From positions 480,001-544,000 of the forward strand of contig CAWGVS010000005.1 in assembly GCA_963826115.1 (NCBI GenBank): 64,000 bases of DNA, written 5' to 3'. Below, one piece after another: positions 38,862 to 48,039 of this stretch (within the stretch, counting starts at the first letter, position 1; the number at the start of each line of letters is the position of its first letter). This stretch comes from an uncultured Candidatus Rokubacteria bacterium (GTDB lineage Bacteria > Methylomirabilota > Methylomirabilia > Rokubacteriales > DASRDR01). The notes under the pieces were generated by a model that saw nothing but the letters and a program-made list of their open reading frames with translations, searched no databases and had not been told where the DNA came from. Both the position numbers and the translations under genes were made by a program.

Positions 38862-40466
38862 ATGCGTTTCACGCGCGCACTGCTCCTGCTGACCACGCTC
38901 CTTGTCTTGGGGGTGGCGGGCCCGGCCCGAGCCCAGACGTTCGTGTTCGGGGCCGAGGGCGAGCCCGTCAGCTTCGACCCGGCCGTGATCACCGACGGCG
39001 TTTCGCAGCGTGTCACGACGCAGGTCTACGACAACCTGGTCCGGTACAAGGGCGCGACGACGGACGTCGAGCCCGCGCTGGCGGAGAAGTGGGATGTCTC
39101 GGCGGACGGCAAGGTCTGGACGCTCTACATCCGCAAGAACGTGAAGTTTCACGACGGCGAGCCGCTCGACGCCAAGGCTGTCGTCTGGAACTTCGAGCGC
39201 TGGTGGAAGGCGGGCCATCCGCAGCACGAGAACCAGCTGAAGGCCGGACAGACCTTCGAGTACTGGGAGGGCCAGTTCGACGGCTTCGACGACAAGTCGA
39301 TCGTCTCCAAGGTGGAGGCGGTGGACTCTCACACGGTCCGGGTGACGCTGAAGCAGCCCCAGGCGCCCTTCCTGTCGAACCTGGCGATCTTCAGCTTCGG
39401 CATCGCCAGCCCGAAGGCCGTGGAGAAGTGGGGCACGGAGTACGGCAAGCACCCGATCGGGACGGGGGCCTTCAAGTTCGTCGAGTGGAAGGCGAACCAG
39501 GAGGTCGTGGTGGAGGCGAATCCCGATTACTGGGGCGTGAAGCCGAAGGTGAAGCGGGTGGTCGTCCGCAACATCAAGGACAACTCGCAGCGGCTGGCCG
39601 CGCTGAAGGCAGGCGAGATCCACGGGATGTTCGGCCTCAACCCGGATGACATCAAGGTCGTCAAGAGCGACTCGAACCTCTATACGCTCCCGCGGCCGGC
39701 GAACAACACGGGATACGTGGCGATCAACTATCACGTGAAGGAATTCATGGACAAGCGCGTCCGTCAGGCGATCGCCCACGCGATCAACAAGAAGGCGATC
39801 ATCGACGGCCTCTACGGCGGGACGGGACTGGTGGCGAAGGAGTTCCAGCCGCCGGCGCTGTGGGGCTACAACAAGGAGCTGAAGGACTTCGAATACAGTC
39901 AGGAGAAGGCCCGGGACTTGCTGAAGCAGGCCGGGTTCCCGAACGGCTTCTCCGAGATCACCTGGCAGGACGGCAAGAAGGAGCCGTTGGTGTTCTGGTA
40001 CATGCCGGTGTCCCGGCCCTACTTCCCGACCCCGAAGGAGATCGGTGAGGCGATCGGAGCCGACCTCGCCAAGGTCGGCATCAAGGCCCAGCTCCAGACG
40101 GTCGATTGGGCCGTCTATCTCGACAAGCGGAAGAACGGCCAGCTGCCGATCTACATGATCGGATGGACCGGTGACAACGGGGATCCGGACAACTTCATCT
40201 GCTACTTCTTCTGCAACCCTGGCGCGGCCCGGGAGGGCTTCTACTCCAATCCCGCCCTGGCCGACGTTCTGAAGCGGGCCGCCGTGCTCACGAGCAAGGA
40301 CGAGCGCGCGGCGCTCTATCGCCAGGCCGAGCAGATGATCCACGACGATGTGGCCCGGCTCTTCATTGCGAATGCGGAACCGCAGCTCGCATTCTCCAAG
40401 AAGGTGAAGGGCTACGTGACGAACCCGACGGGGTCCGAGCCCTTCAACACCATCTCGATGCAGTAG
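38862..40466 (+). CDS. dppA: Second dipeptide ABC substrate-binding protein, close paralogue of 35155-36759
   Basis: Long identical blocks with the first copy (HENQLKAGQTFEY, GWTGDNGDPDNF). Confidence 0.9.
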   Translation: MRFTRALLLLTTLLVLGVAGPARAQTFVFGAEGEPVSFDPAVITDGVSQRVTTQVYDNLVRYKGATTDVEPALAEKWDVSADGKVWTLYIRKNVKFHDGEPLDAKAVVWNFERWWKAGHPQHENQLKAGQTFEYWEGQFDGFDDKSIVSKVEAVDSHTVRVTLKQPQAPFLSNLAIFSFGIASPKAVEKWGTEYGKHPIGTGAFKFVEWKANQEVVVEANPDYWGVKPKVKRVVVRNIKDNSQRLAALKAGEIHGMFGLNPDDIKVVKSDSNLYTLPRPANNTGYVAINYHVKEFMDKRVRQAIAHAINKKAIIDGLYGGTGLVAKEFQPPALWGYNKELKDFEYSQEKARDLLKQAGFPNGFSEITWQDGKKEPLVFWYMPVSRPYFPTPKEIGEAIGADLAKVGIKAQLQTVDWAVYLDKRKNGQLPIYMIGWTGDNGDPDNFICYFFCNPGAAREGFYSNPALADVLKRAAVLTSKDERAALYRQAEQMIHDDVARLFIANAEPQLAFSKKVKGYVTNPTGSEPFNTISMQ

Positions 40467-40672
40467 CTCGAGCGCGCGGCAAGGGGCGGTGAGGGATCGC
40501 GCGTTCCGGCGTGCCCTCACCGTCCTTCCCGACCTCGACGGTCCATTCCCTCAGTCAGCAAGCCGGAGCGATGCGAGCCGGCCGCTGGTCCGCACCCCGC
40601 CCCGCCGGTATAGTGAGGCTCGTCGACCGCGCCGCCGCCGGCGCGGTTCGCGCTTCGAAGGAGGACGAGAGG

Positions 40673-41434
40673 ATGTGGGACGAGTCATTGGTGCTCGGGA
40701 CGCGGTCGTTCCGCTCCCGGCTCGTCGTCGGGGCCGAGCGTTATCCCTCGGCGGAGATCATGCGGCGGAGCCACGAGGCGGCGGGCTCGGAGCTCGTGGC
40801 GGTGGCCGTCCGCGACCTGGACCTGGCGAGCGCCGGCGGCTCCCTCCTGACGTCGGTCGACCAGGGACGCTACACGCTGATCGCGACGACGACCGGCTGC
40901 CGGACGTCGGACGAGGCGATCCGGACGGCGTACCTCGCCCGAGAAGCCGGGCTCGGCGACTTCGTGAAGGTGGACGTGCTGGGGGACGCCCGGACCGAGA
41001 TGCCGGATCTCCAGGCGGTCCTGGAGGCGACGAAGACCCTGGCCCGGGACGGCTTCGTCACGCTGCCCGTCGCGGGCGACGACCCGGTCGCGGCCGGGCG
41101 GCTCCAGGAGGCCGGCGCGGCGGGCATACTCCTCCAGCCGGCCCCGACGGGATCGGGTCTCGGGATCAAGAACCCGTACGCCATCCGCCTGGTCCTCGAC
41201 ACGGCCACCGTGCCGGTCATCGTGTCCGGCGGGATCGGGACCGCCTCGGACGCGGCGCTGGCGATGGAGCTCGGGTGCCACGGGGTGCTGGTCGGCAGCG
41301 CGATCGCGGAGGCTCGCGATCCGGAAGTGATGGCCGAAGCCATGCGCCACGCGGTGGAGGGTGGCCGCGCGGCGTACAAGGCCGGGCGCATCGCCCGCCG
41401 CCTCCACCGGAACGCGTTCGGATCGCCCGAGTGA
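40673..41434 (+). CDS. thiG: Thiazole synthase-like protein, divergent
   Basis: FRSRLVVG, TGC, KVDV, GSGLGI, SDAALAMELG; adjacent to thiO. Confidence 0.8.
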   Translation: MWDESLVLGTRSFRSRLVVGAERYPSAEIMRRSHEAAGSELVAVAVRDLDLASAGGSLLTSVDQGRYTLIATTTGCRTSDEAIRTAYLAREAGLGDFVKVDVLGDARTEMPDLQAVLEATKTLARDGFVTLPVAGDDPVAAGRLQEAGAAGILLQPAPTGSGLGIKNPYAIRLVLDTATVPVIVSGGIGTASDAALAMELGCHGVLVGSAIAEARDPEVMAEAMRHAVEGGRAAYKAGRIARRLHRNAFGSPE

Positions 41435-41450
41435 CCTGCCGCTCGTCCTC

Positions 41451-42572
41451 GTGACGCGGCCCGACGCGGTCGTCGTCGGGGCCGGCGTGATCGGGGCGGC
41501 CTGCGCGTACGAGCTGGCGTGCGCGGGTCTCCGAGTCACGGTGATCGAGCGGACCGAGCCCGCGAGCGAGGCCTCCGGCGCGTCCGCCGGTATCCTCTCG
41601 GTGCCCGACCCCTCGCGGCGCGATCCGCTTGCCGCGCTGGCCCGCCTGAGCCGCGACCTCTACGAGCCGCTCGCGGCGGCGCTCCGGCAGGAGTCGGGCG
41701 TCGACGTGGACCTGGGGCGGGCCGGGCACCTCAGGCTCTGCATGACGCCCACCGAGGTGCGCGAGGCCCGCCGCGCGGCGGGCGATCCCGTCGAGCGCGA
41801 GAAGGGCACCGCGTTCGTCGGCGCGGACGATCTGGTCCGGCTCGAGCCCGCCGTCAGCCGGGCCGCGCTCGGCGCGCTCCACGTGCCCCGCGGCTCCTGG
41901 GTCGACAACGTGAAGCTCGTTCGCGCGCTCGTCCTCGCCGGCGAGCGCCGCGGCGTGCGCTACCTCCTGGGCCACCCCGTCGACGCTCTGATCCGCGCCG
42001 GGGTCCGGGTGACGGGCGTGCGGGCGGGTAGCCACGGGATCGTCGAGGCGGGCGCGGTCGTCCTGACGGCGGGCGCGTGGAGCGGCGCCATCGACGGCGT
42101 CCCGGCGGCCTTGCGGGTGCGGCCGGTGAAGGGGCAGATCCTGGCGCTCGACAACACGGCCGGCCTCGTGCGCCACGTGATCTTCCGCGACGACGTGTAC
42201 GTGGTCCCGCGGCTGTCCGGGGAGTGCCTCTTCGGCGCCACGGTGGAGGACGGCGTCGCCGACCGCGACGTGACGCTCGACGGCCTGGGCTGGCTCTTCG
42301 GCGAGGCGTTCAAGACGGCACCCGGGCTGGGGCGGCTCCGGTTCCTGCGCGCATGGGCGGGGCTTCGCCCGGCGACCGAGGACGGGCTGCCCGTCGTCGG
42401 CCCCTGGCCCGGGATGCCGGGGCTCCTCGTGGCCACGGGCCACTACCGGGGTGGCGTCCAGCTCGCGCCGATCACGGCGCGCATGATCCGCGACCACGTC
42501 CTCGATGGCGGGTCGTCGGTGCCGGGCGCGGCCTTCCTGCCGGAGCGCCTCGTGGGGGCGGCGAGGGGATGA
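41451..42572 (+). CDS. thiO: Glycine oxidase
   Basis: VGAGVIG, ASGASAGIL, PVKGQI, WAGLRP, ATGHYRGG. Confidence 0.85.
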   Translation: MTRPDAVVVGAGVIGAACAYELACAGLRVTVIERTEPASEASGASAGILSVPDPSRRDPLAALARLSRDLYEPLAAALRQESGVDVDLGRAGHLRLCMTPTEVREARRAAGDPVEREKGTAFVGADDLVRLEPAVSRAALGALHVPRGSWVDNVKLVRALVLAGERRGVRYLLGHPVDALIRAGVRVTGVRAGSHGIVEAGAVVLTAGAWSGAIDGVPAALRVRPVKGQILALDNTAGLVRHVIFRDDVYVVPRLSGECLFGATVEDGVADRDVTLDGLGWLFGEAFKTAPGLGRLRFLRAWAGLRPATEDGLPVVGPWPGMPGLLVATGHYRGGVQLAPITARMIRDHVLDGGSSVPGAAFLPERLVGAARG

Positions 42573-42600
42573 CGACCGCGCGTCCCGCCGCGAAGCCGAT

Positions 42601-42672
42601 GAGGCGGCGCGAGCGCTCGGCGTGAAGATTCCGCCGACCTTGCTCGCGCGGGCCGACGAGGCCATCGAGTAG
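42601..42672 (+). pseudogene. Orphan C-terminal remnant of an ABC substrate-binding protein (ABC_sub_bind type)
   Basis: Reads EAARALGVKIPPTLLARADEAIE*, matching the family's typical tail AKALGLTIPPSLLARADEVIE; no N-terminal part. Confidence 0.7.
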
Positions 42673-42725
42673 CCGCCACGGCCGCGAACGGCCGCGTCCG
42701 ATCGGGCGGGTGATACGATGCCTCC

Positions 42726-43577
42726 GTGTACGGCACGCCGCCCGCGCCGTATCCCCGCCGCGTCGTCTGCCTGACCTCGGAGACGACCGAGATCGCGTTC
42801 GCCGTCGGCGCGGGTGACCGCGTCGTGGGGGTGCCCGGCACCGCGCGGCGCCCGCCTGAAGCGCGCCGCCTCCCGAAGGTGGGGGGGTTCACCACGTTCC
42901 GTCTCGACCGGATCGTGGAGCTCGCGCCCGATCTCGTCCTCGCGTTCTCCGACCTGCAGGCGGACGTCGTGAGGGATGTCGTGAAGGCCGGGATCCCCGT
43001 CCTGGCGCTGAACCAGCGCAGCCTCGCGGAGATCTTCCAGGCGATCCTCGTGATCGGCGGCGTGCTCGGGTGCGAGGCCGCGGCCCGCGGCGTCGTCGGC
43101 GACGTCCAGGACGAGATCCGCCAGGTGCGAGAGTTCTCCAGCGTGTGGCCAGACCGGCCACGGGTGTACTTCGAGGAGTGGGGCGACCCGCCGATCTCGG
43201 GGATCCGCTGGGTGTCGGAGCTGATCGAGATCGCCGGGGGGCAGGACGTGTTCCCGGAGCTCCGCGAGATCCACCACGCGCCGGGGCGGGTCGTGGACCC
43301 GGCCGACGTGGTGCGGCGGAACCCGGAGATCATCGTCGCCTCGTGGTGCGGGAAGCCGGTCGATCTCGAGGCCATCCGGTCCCGGCCGGGATGGAGCGCC
43401 GTCTCCGCGGTCCGTAGCGGCCGCGTGTACGCCGTCCCGTCGGACGACCTCCTGTCGCCGGGCCCCTCGATCGTCAGGGGTCTCCGGGCCCTCCACGAGC
43501 TCGTCCAGGCGTGCGTGGCCGGGGAAGCGCCGGATTCAACCGCCCTCTCACCCGACGACTCCGATGACGAGGGCTAA
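42726..43577 (+). CDS. BtuF-like cobalamin/metal-binding protein without signal peptide
   Basis: PRRVVCLT.ETTE, PDLVLAFSDLQ, YFEEW.DP, SWCGK. Confidence 0.82.
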   Translation: MYGTPPAPYPRRVVCLTSETTEIAFAVGAGDRVVGVPGTARRPPEARRLPKVGGFTTFRLDRIVELAPDLVLAFSDLQADVVRDVVKAGIPVLALNQRSLAEIFQAILVIGGVLGCEAAARGVVGDVQDEIRQVREFSSVWPDRPRVYFEEWGDPPISGIRWVSELIEIAGGQDVFPELREIHHAPGRVVDPADVVRRNPEIIVASWCGKPVDLEAIRSRPGWSAVSAVRSGRVYAVPSDDLLSPGPSIVRGLRALHELVQACVAGEAPDSTALSPDDSDDEG

Positions 43578-43697
43578 CTACCAGACATTGCGCAACAAGC
43601 TCGCGCGCCTACCGCGAGGATCGGGTCGGCTCCCGACGCCGGGTGATAGCATGAGGGAGCTTCGTGTTTCCCGACACCCCGGACCCGGGAGACCCCC

Positions 43698-45146
43698 ATG
43701 ACGACCACCACGACGCTTGCCCGGCCGGAGCGGTTCTTCGCGGACCGCTACGGTCTGACCCAGGCCCGCCTGGAGGCCCTGGTCGGCTCCGCCGCCAGCC
43801 GGGTCGACTACGCCGACGTCTTCATCGAGTACCAGGTCTCCGAGGAACTGGTCCTCGAGGACGGGGTCGTCAAGAAGGCGTCTCGCACGATCAGTCAGGG
43901 CGGGGGAGTGCGGGCCCAGGCCGGGGTGCGTACGGGCTACGCGTACACGGACGACCTCGACATCCGTCACCTCGAGGTCGCGGCGCGACAGGCCCAGGCG
44001 ATCGCCGAGCACCCGAGCGAGACCGGTCCGGTCGCGGTCCACGCGGCCCCCCGGCCCCACGACCTCTACCGGGTCGCCCTGGCTCCGGTGGACGCCGACC
44101 TCGCCGCCAAGGTGGCGCTCCTCGGTCAGGTGGACCGCATGGCCCGGGCCCAGGACTCCCGCGTCCGCCAGGTCATCGCCACGCTGGTCTCGCTCGAGCA
44201 GACCGTGCTCATCGCGACGTCCGCGGACTGGCAGCTGGCTGACGTCCGGCCGCTGACCCGCCTGAACCTGACCGTGGTCGTCCAGGACGGCAGCCGCCGC
44301 GAGGTGGGCACCTTCGGCGGCGGCGGTCGAGTCGCCTTCGACTACTTCGTGCAGGAGGACCGGTGGGCGCGCTTCGCGCGGGAGGCTGCGCGTCAGGCGC
44401 TCGTCAAGCTCAACGCGGTCGCGGCACCGGCGGGAGCCATGACCGTCGTCCTCGGGCCCGGCTGGCCCGGCATCCTCCTCCACGAGGCCATTGGCCACGG
44501 GCTCGAGGGGGACTTCAACCGGAAGGGCGTGTCGGCGTTCAGCGGCCGCGTGGGCGAGCGGGTGGCGTCCGACCTCGTCACGGTCGTCGACGACGGGACC
44601 CTGCCGAACCGCCGGGGCTCGCTCAACGTCGACGACGAGGGGACGCCGACCAGCCGCACCGTGCTCATCGAGAACGGCGTGCTGCGCGGGTACATGCAGG
44701 ACCGCCTCAACGCGCGACTGCTCGGAACGGGGCTGACCGGCAACGGCCGGCGCGAGTCGTTCCAGCACCCACCCATGCCGCGCATGACGAACACGTTCAT
44801 GCTGGCCGGCGAGGAGCCGCCCGAGGACATCCTGCGCTCGGTGTCGCGGGGGCTCTACGCGGTGGCGTTCGGCGGCGGGCAAGTGGACATCACGAGCGGG
44901 AAGTTCGTGTTCTCCGCGAGCGAGGCCTACCTGATCGAGGACGGTCGCGTCACTGCGCCGGTCAAGGGCGCGACCCTCATCGGGTCCGGCCCGGACGCGC
45001 TCACCCGCGTCACCCGGGTCGGCCACGACCTGGCCCTCGACGAGGGCGTGGGCACCTGCGGCAAGGACGGCCAGTCCGTGCCGGTCGGGGTGGGCCTGCC
45101 GACCATCCGCATCGACGGCATCACCGTCGGCGGCACCGAGGTCTAG
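43698..45146 (+). CDS. tldD: Metalloprotease TldD
   Basis: PGWPGILLHEAIGHGLEGDFNRK, PRMTNT, GTCGKDGQSVPVGVG. Confidence 0.95.
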   Translation: MTTTTTLARPERFFADRYGLTQARLEALVGSAASRVDYADVFIEYQVSEELVLEDGVVKKASRTISQGGGVRAQAGVRTGYAYTDDLDIRHLEVAARQAQAIAEHPSETGPVAVHAAPRPHDLYRVALAPVDADLAAKVALLGQVDRMARAQDSRVRQVIATLVSLEQTVLIATSADWQLADVRPLTRLNLTVVVQDGSRREVGTFGGGGRVAFDYFVQEDRWARFAREAARQALVKLNAVAAPAGAMTVVLGPGWPGILLHEAIGHGLEGDFNRKGVSAFSGRVGERVASDLVTVVDDGTLPNRRGSLNVDDEGTPTSRTVLIENGVLRGYMQDRLNARLLGTGLTGNGRRESFQHPPMPRMTNTFMLAGEEPPEDILRSVSRGLYAVAFGGGQVDITSGKFVFSASEAYLIEDGRVTAPVKGATLIGSGPDALTRVTRVGHDLALDEGVGTCGKDGQSVPVGVGLPTIRIDGITVGGTEV

Positions 45147-45149
45147 CCG

Positions 45150-46526
45150 GTGGCGGGACAGGTCCTCGCGCCGGGCGCCGACCAGGCGATGCTCGACCGG
45201 CTCGACGATCTCCTCCGACGGGCCCGGGCGGGGGGCGCGATCGAGGCCGACGCCTTCATGGTGGAGGAGGAGCTCCAGACCGTGCAGGTGCGGCTCGGCA
45301 CGGTCGAGTCCCTGAAGCACGCCCGGGAGAACCGCTGCTCCCTCCGGATCTTCACCGAGTCCGGCTCCGCATCCGCCACGACCTCGGACCTTTCCCCGGG
45401 CGCGCTGGCTCGCCTCGTGGACGAGAGCGTGCGTCTCGCGCAGGTGGCGCGGCGCGACGAGCACTCGGGGCTGCCCGCTCGGGAGGCGCTCGCCCGAGAC
45501 GTCACCGACCTCGGGCTCTGGGACGCGGACGGCCACGCGATGGACGTCGAGGACAAGATCGACTGGGCCCGCCGCGCGGAGGCGGCTGCCCTCGAGTCCG
45601 ACGGGCGCATCCGGAACTCCGAGGGCGCCGAGTTCTACGATCGCCAGGGGCGGGTCGCGTACGCGTCGAGCGGAGGGTTCGCCGGCGGCTTCCGCGTGTC
45701 GACGTTCGCGCTGTCGGTGACGCCAGTCGCCTCGGACGACGGCGACATGGAGCGCGACTACTGGTACACCTCGGCGCGGCGCCTCGCGGACCTCGAGTCC
45801 CCCGAGGCAGTCGGGCGCGAGGCGGCCCGGCGGGCCGTGCGCCGCCTGGGCGGGCGCAAGGGCAAGACCGTGGAGGTTCCGGTGGTCTTCGATCCCGAGA
45901 CGGCCGCGAGCCTCGTCCGCGCCGTGGCGCTGGCCGCGTCGGGCCCGAGCCTCTACCGGGGGACCTCGTTTCTCGTCGGCCAGCGCGGGAGCGCCGTCGC
46001 GTCGCCTCGCGTCACGATCGTGGACGACCCGACGATTCCGCAGGGGCTCGGCTCCCGACCCTTCGACGGCGAGGGCCTGCCGAGCCGGCGGACCGTGCTG
46101 GTGGACCAGGGCGTCCTGTCGAGCTATCTCCTCGACACCTACAGCGCGCGCCGGCTCGGGCTCGAGGCGACGGGGCACGCCGCCCGCGAGGGCGGCGGGG
46201 GAGTGACGGTGGCGCACACGAACCTCTACCTCGAGCCCGGTCCCTGGGCGCCCGAGGAGATCCTGCGGTCCGTCGACCGCGGCCTCTACGTGACCGAGCT
46301 GATCGGGTTCGGCGTGAACTTCGTCACCGGCGACTACTCCCGCGGCGCCGTCGGGTTCTGGATCGAGGACGGCGAGCTCGCGTACCCCGTCGAGGAGATC
46401 ACCGTCGCCGGGAACCTGCGGCAGATGCTGCGGGACGTCGAGATGGTCGGGCGTGACCTGGCGTTCCGCGACCAGACCGCCGCCCCCACGCTGAAGGTCG
46501 CCCGCCTGACCGTCGCCGGCCAGTAG
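45150..46526 (+). CDS. pmbA: TldE/PmbA protein
   Basis: MERDYW, SRPFDGEG, TGDYSRG, EITVAGNL; lacks HExxH; follows tldD. Confidence 0.92.
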   Translation: MAGQVLAPGADQAMLDRLDDLLRRARAGGAIEADAFMVEEELQTVQVRLGTVESLKHARENRCSLRIFTESGSASATTSDLSPGALARLVDESVRLAQVARRDEHSGLPAREALARDVTDLGLWDADGHAMDVEDKIDWARRAEAAALESDGRIRNSEGAEFYDRQGRVAYASSGGFAGGFRVSTFALSVTPVASDDGDMERDYWYTSARRLADLESPEAVGREAARRAVRRLGGRKGKTVEVPVVFDPETAASLVRAVALAASGPSLYRGTSFLVGQRGSAVASPRVTIVDDPTIPQGLGSRPFDGEGLPSRRTVLVDQGVLSSYLLDTYSARRLGLEATGHAAREGGGGVTVAHTNLYLEPGPWAPEEILRSVDRGLYVTELIGFGVNFVTGDYSRGAVGFWIEDGELAYPVEEITVAGNLRQMLRDVEMVGRDLAFRDQTAAPTLKVARLTVAGQ

Positions 46527-46607
46527 CCCTCCGGCCCCCCTTCCGTCGACGCGCGCCCCGGGGCCAGCGCTTCGAGACACGGACGCAGGTCGAGTATCCT
46601 GAGCGCG

Positions 46608-48038
46608 ATGCCGACGGCCCTGACGCCCGCCGCCGCCTCGGAGGCGAACGACCAGCTCATCGACGCGCGCCTCATCCGGGGCTGGCTCCTCTGGGGCTTC
46701 TTCTGGCTCATGTTCGCGCCGACGGTCGGCGTCCTGATCTCGACGAAGTTCAACTACCCCGACTTCCTGGGCACGTCCGCGTGGTCGACGTTCGGCCGGC
46801 TCCGGCCCGTGCACGTGAACGGCGTCATCTTCGGCGCCTTCTCGACGCTGTTCATGGGGCTCGCGTACTACATCACGCCGCGCCTCTGCGGCGTGCCCGT
46901 CTGGAACGGCCGCTGGGGCTACGCGCTCCTGTGGGTCTGGAACCTGAACCTCGTCGCCGCGTTCCTGGGGGTCGTGCTGTTCGGCGGCAATCGCGGGTGG
47001 GAGGCGGGCGAGCTGCCGCTGTGGAACGTCCTCGTCGTCACCGCGGTCCTGCTGGCGGCGACCGTCCAGATGCTGATGACGATCGCCGGGCGGCGACACG
47101 TGCCCCTCTACGTGAGCATGTGGTACCTGATCGGCGCCCTGGTCTGGACCTGCATCAACCTGGTGCTCCTGATCGTCGGGCCGTACCACACGGTGCCGGG
47201 CATCAACAACGCGGCCCTCCACGGCCTCTACATCCACTACGTCGTGGGACTCTGGATCACGCCCGCGGGGTACGTCCTCATCTACTTCTTCCTGGCGGCG
47301 TCCATCCGCGCCCCCATCTACAGCCACCGGCTGTCGCTCATCGGGTTCTGGTCGCTCGCGTTCTTCTATCCCTTCGTCGGGATCCACCACTACCTGTTCA
47401 GCCCGATCGCGGACTGGGCGGAGACGATCGCCATCGTCTCGTCGATGATGCTCATCATCCCGGTGTGGACCGTGCTCCAGAACTTCTTCGGCACCATGAT
47501 CGGCCACTGGCAGGGCTTCGGCCGAAACCTGACGGCCAAGTTCCTGATCATGGGGTCGATCATGTATCTCATCGGCTGCTTCCAGGGATCGACGGAGGCG
47601 CTCCGGTCGATCCAGGAGCCCACCCATTTCACGGACTTCGTCATCGCGCACTCGCACCTCACGGTGTTCGGGACGTTCGTCGTCTGGGCGATCGGCGGGT
47701 CGGTGTACGTGTGGCCGCGTCTGTGCGGGCGGGAGCTGTGGAGTTTCCGCCTCGGGAACTGGAGCTTCTGGCTGATCACGCTCGGGATCTCCACCATGGG
47801 GCTCGTCCTCACCGCCCAGGGCCTCCAGCAGGGCTTCATGCTCATGGCGCGGGCGGAGTGGGTGGACACCGTGGTGACCATGAAGCCGTTCTGGCTCGTG
47901 CGCACCCTGTCGGGGATCTCGATGGACGTGGGGATCTCACTCCTGGTCTACAACTTCATGCGGACCGCGCTCGAGCCCGGGCCGGCGCCGGCCGGACGCG
48001 GCGTCCCCGTGCCGGGCCAGACCCCGGCGAGGGCGTGA
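46608..48038 (+). CDS. ccoN: cbb3-type (C-family) haem-copper oxidase subunit I, divergent
   Basis: FGRLRPVHVN, YIHYVVGLW, YPFVGIHH, IAHSH; about 12 TM helices. Confidence 0.88.
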   Translation: MPTALTPAAASEANDQLIDARLIRGWLLWGFFWLMFAPTVGVLISTKFNYPDFLGTSAWSTFGRLRPVHVNGVIFGAFSTLFMGLAYYITPRLCGVPVWNGRWGYALLWVWNLNLVAAFLGVVLFGGNRGWEAGELPLWNVLVVTAVLLAATVQMLMTIAGRRHVPLYVSMWYLIGALVWTCINLVLLIVGPYHTVPGINNAALHGLYIHYVVGLWITPAGYVLIYFFLAASIRAPIYSHRLSLIGFWSLAFFYPFVGIHHYLFSPIADWAETIAIVSSMMLIIPVWTVLQNFFGTMIGHWQGFGRNLTAKFLIMGSIMYLIGCFQGSTEALRSIQEPTHFTDFVIAHSHLTVFGTFVVWAIGGSVYVWPRLCGRELWSFRLGNWSFWLITLGISTMGLVLTAQGLQQGFMLMARAEWVDTVVTMKPFWLVRTLSGISMDVGISLLVYNFMRTALEPGPAPAGRGVPVPGQTPARA

Positions 48039-48039
48039 C

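Noticed and set aside
43578-47657. 1359-aa minus-strand ORF and similar long antisense ORFs (e.g. 32952-35309, 41217-43496, 23638-25752)
   Set aside because: Shadow frames opposite well-supported genes. High GC depletes stop codons, and the translations are Arg/Gly/Ala-rich with no motifs.
46608-48038. Subunit I as a nitric oxide reductase (NorB)
   Set aside because: It retains the helix VII Tyr of C-family oxidases, lacks the NorB HLWVE motif, and has a CcoO-type partner.
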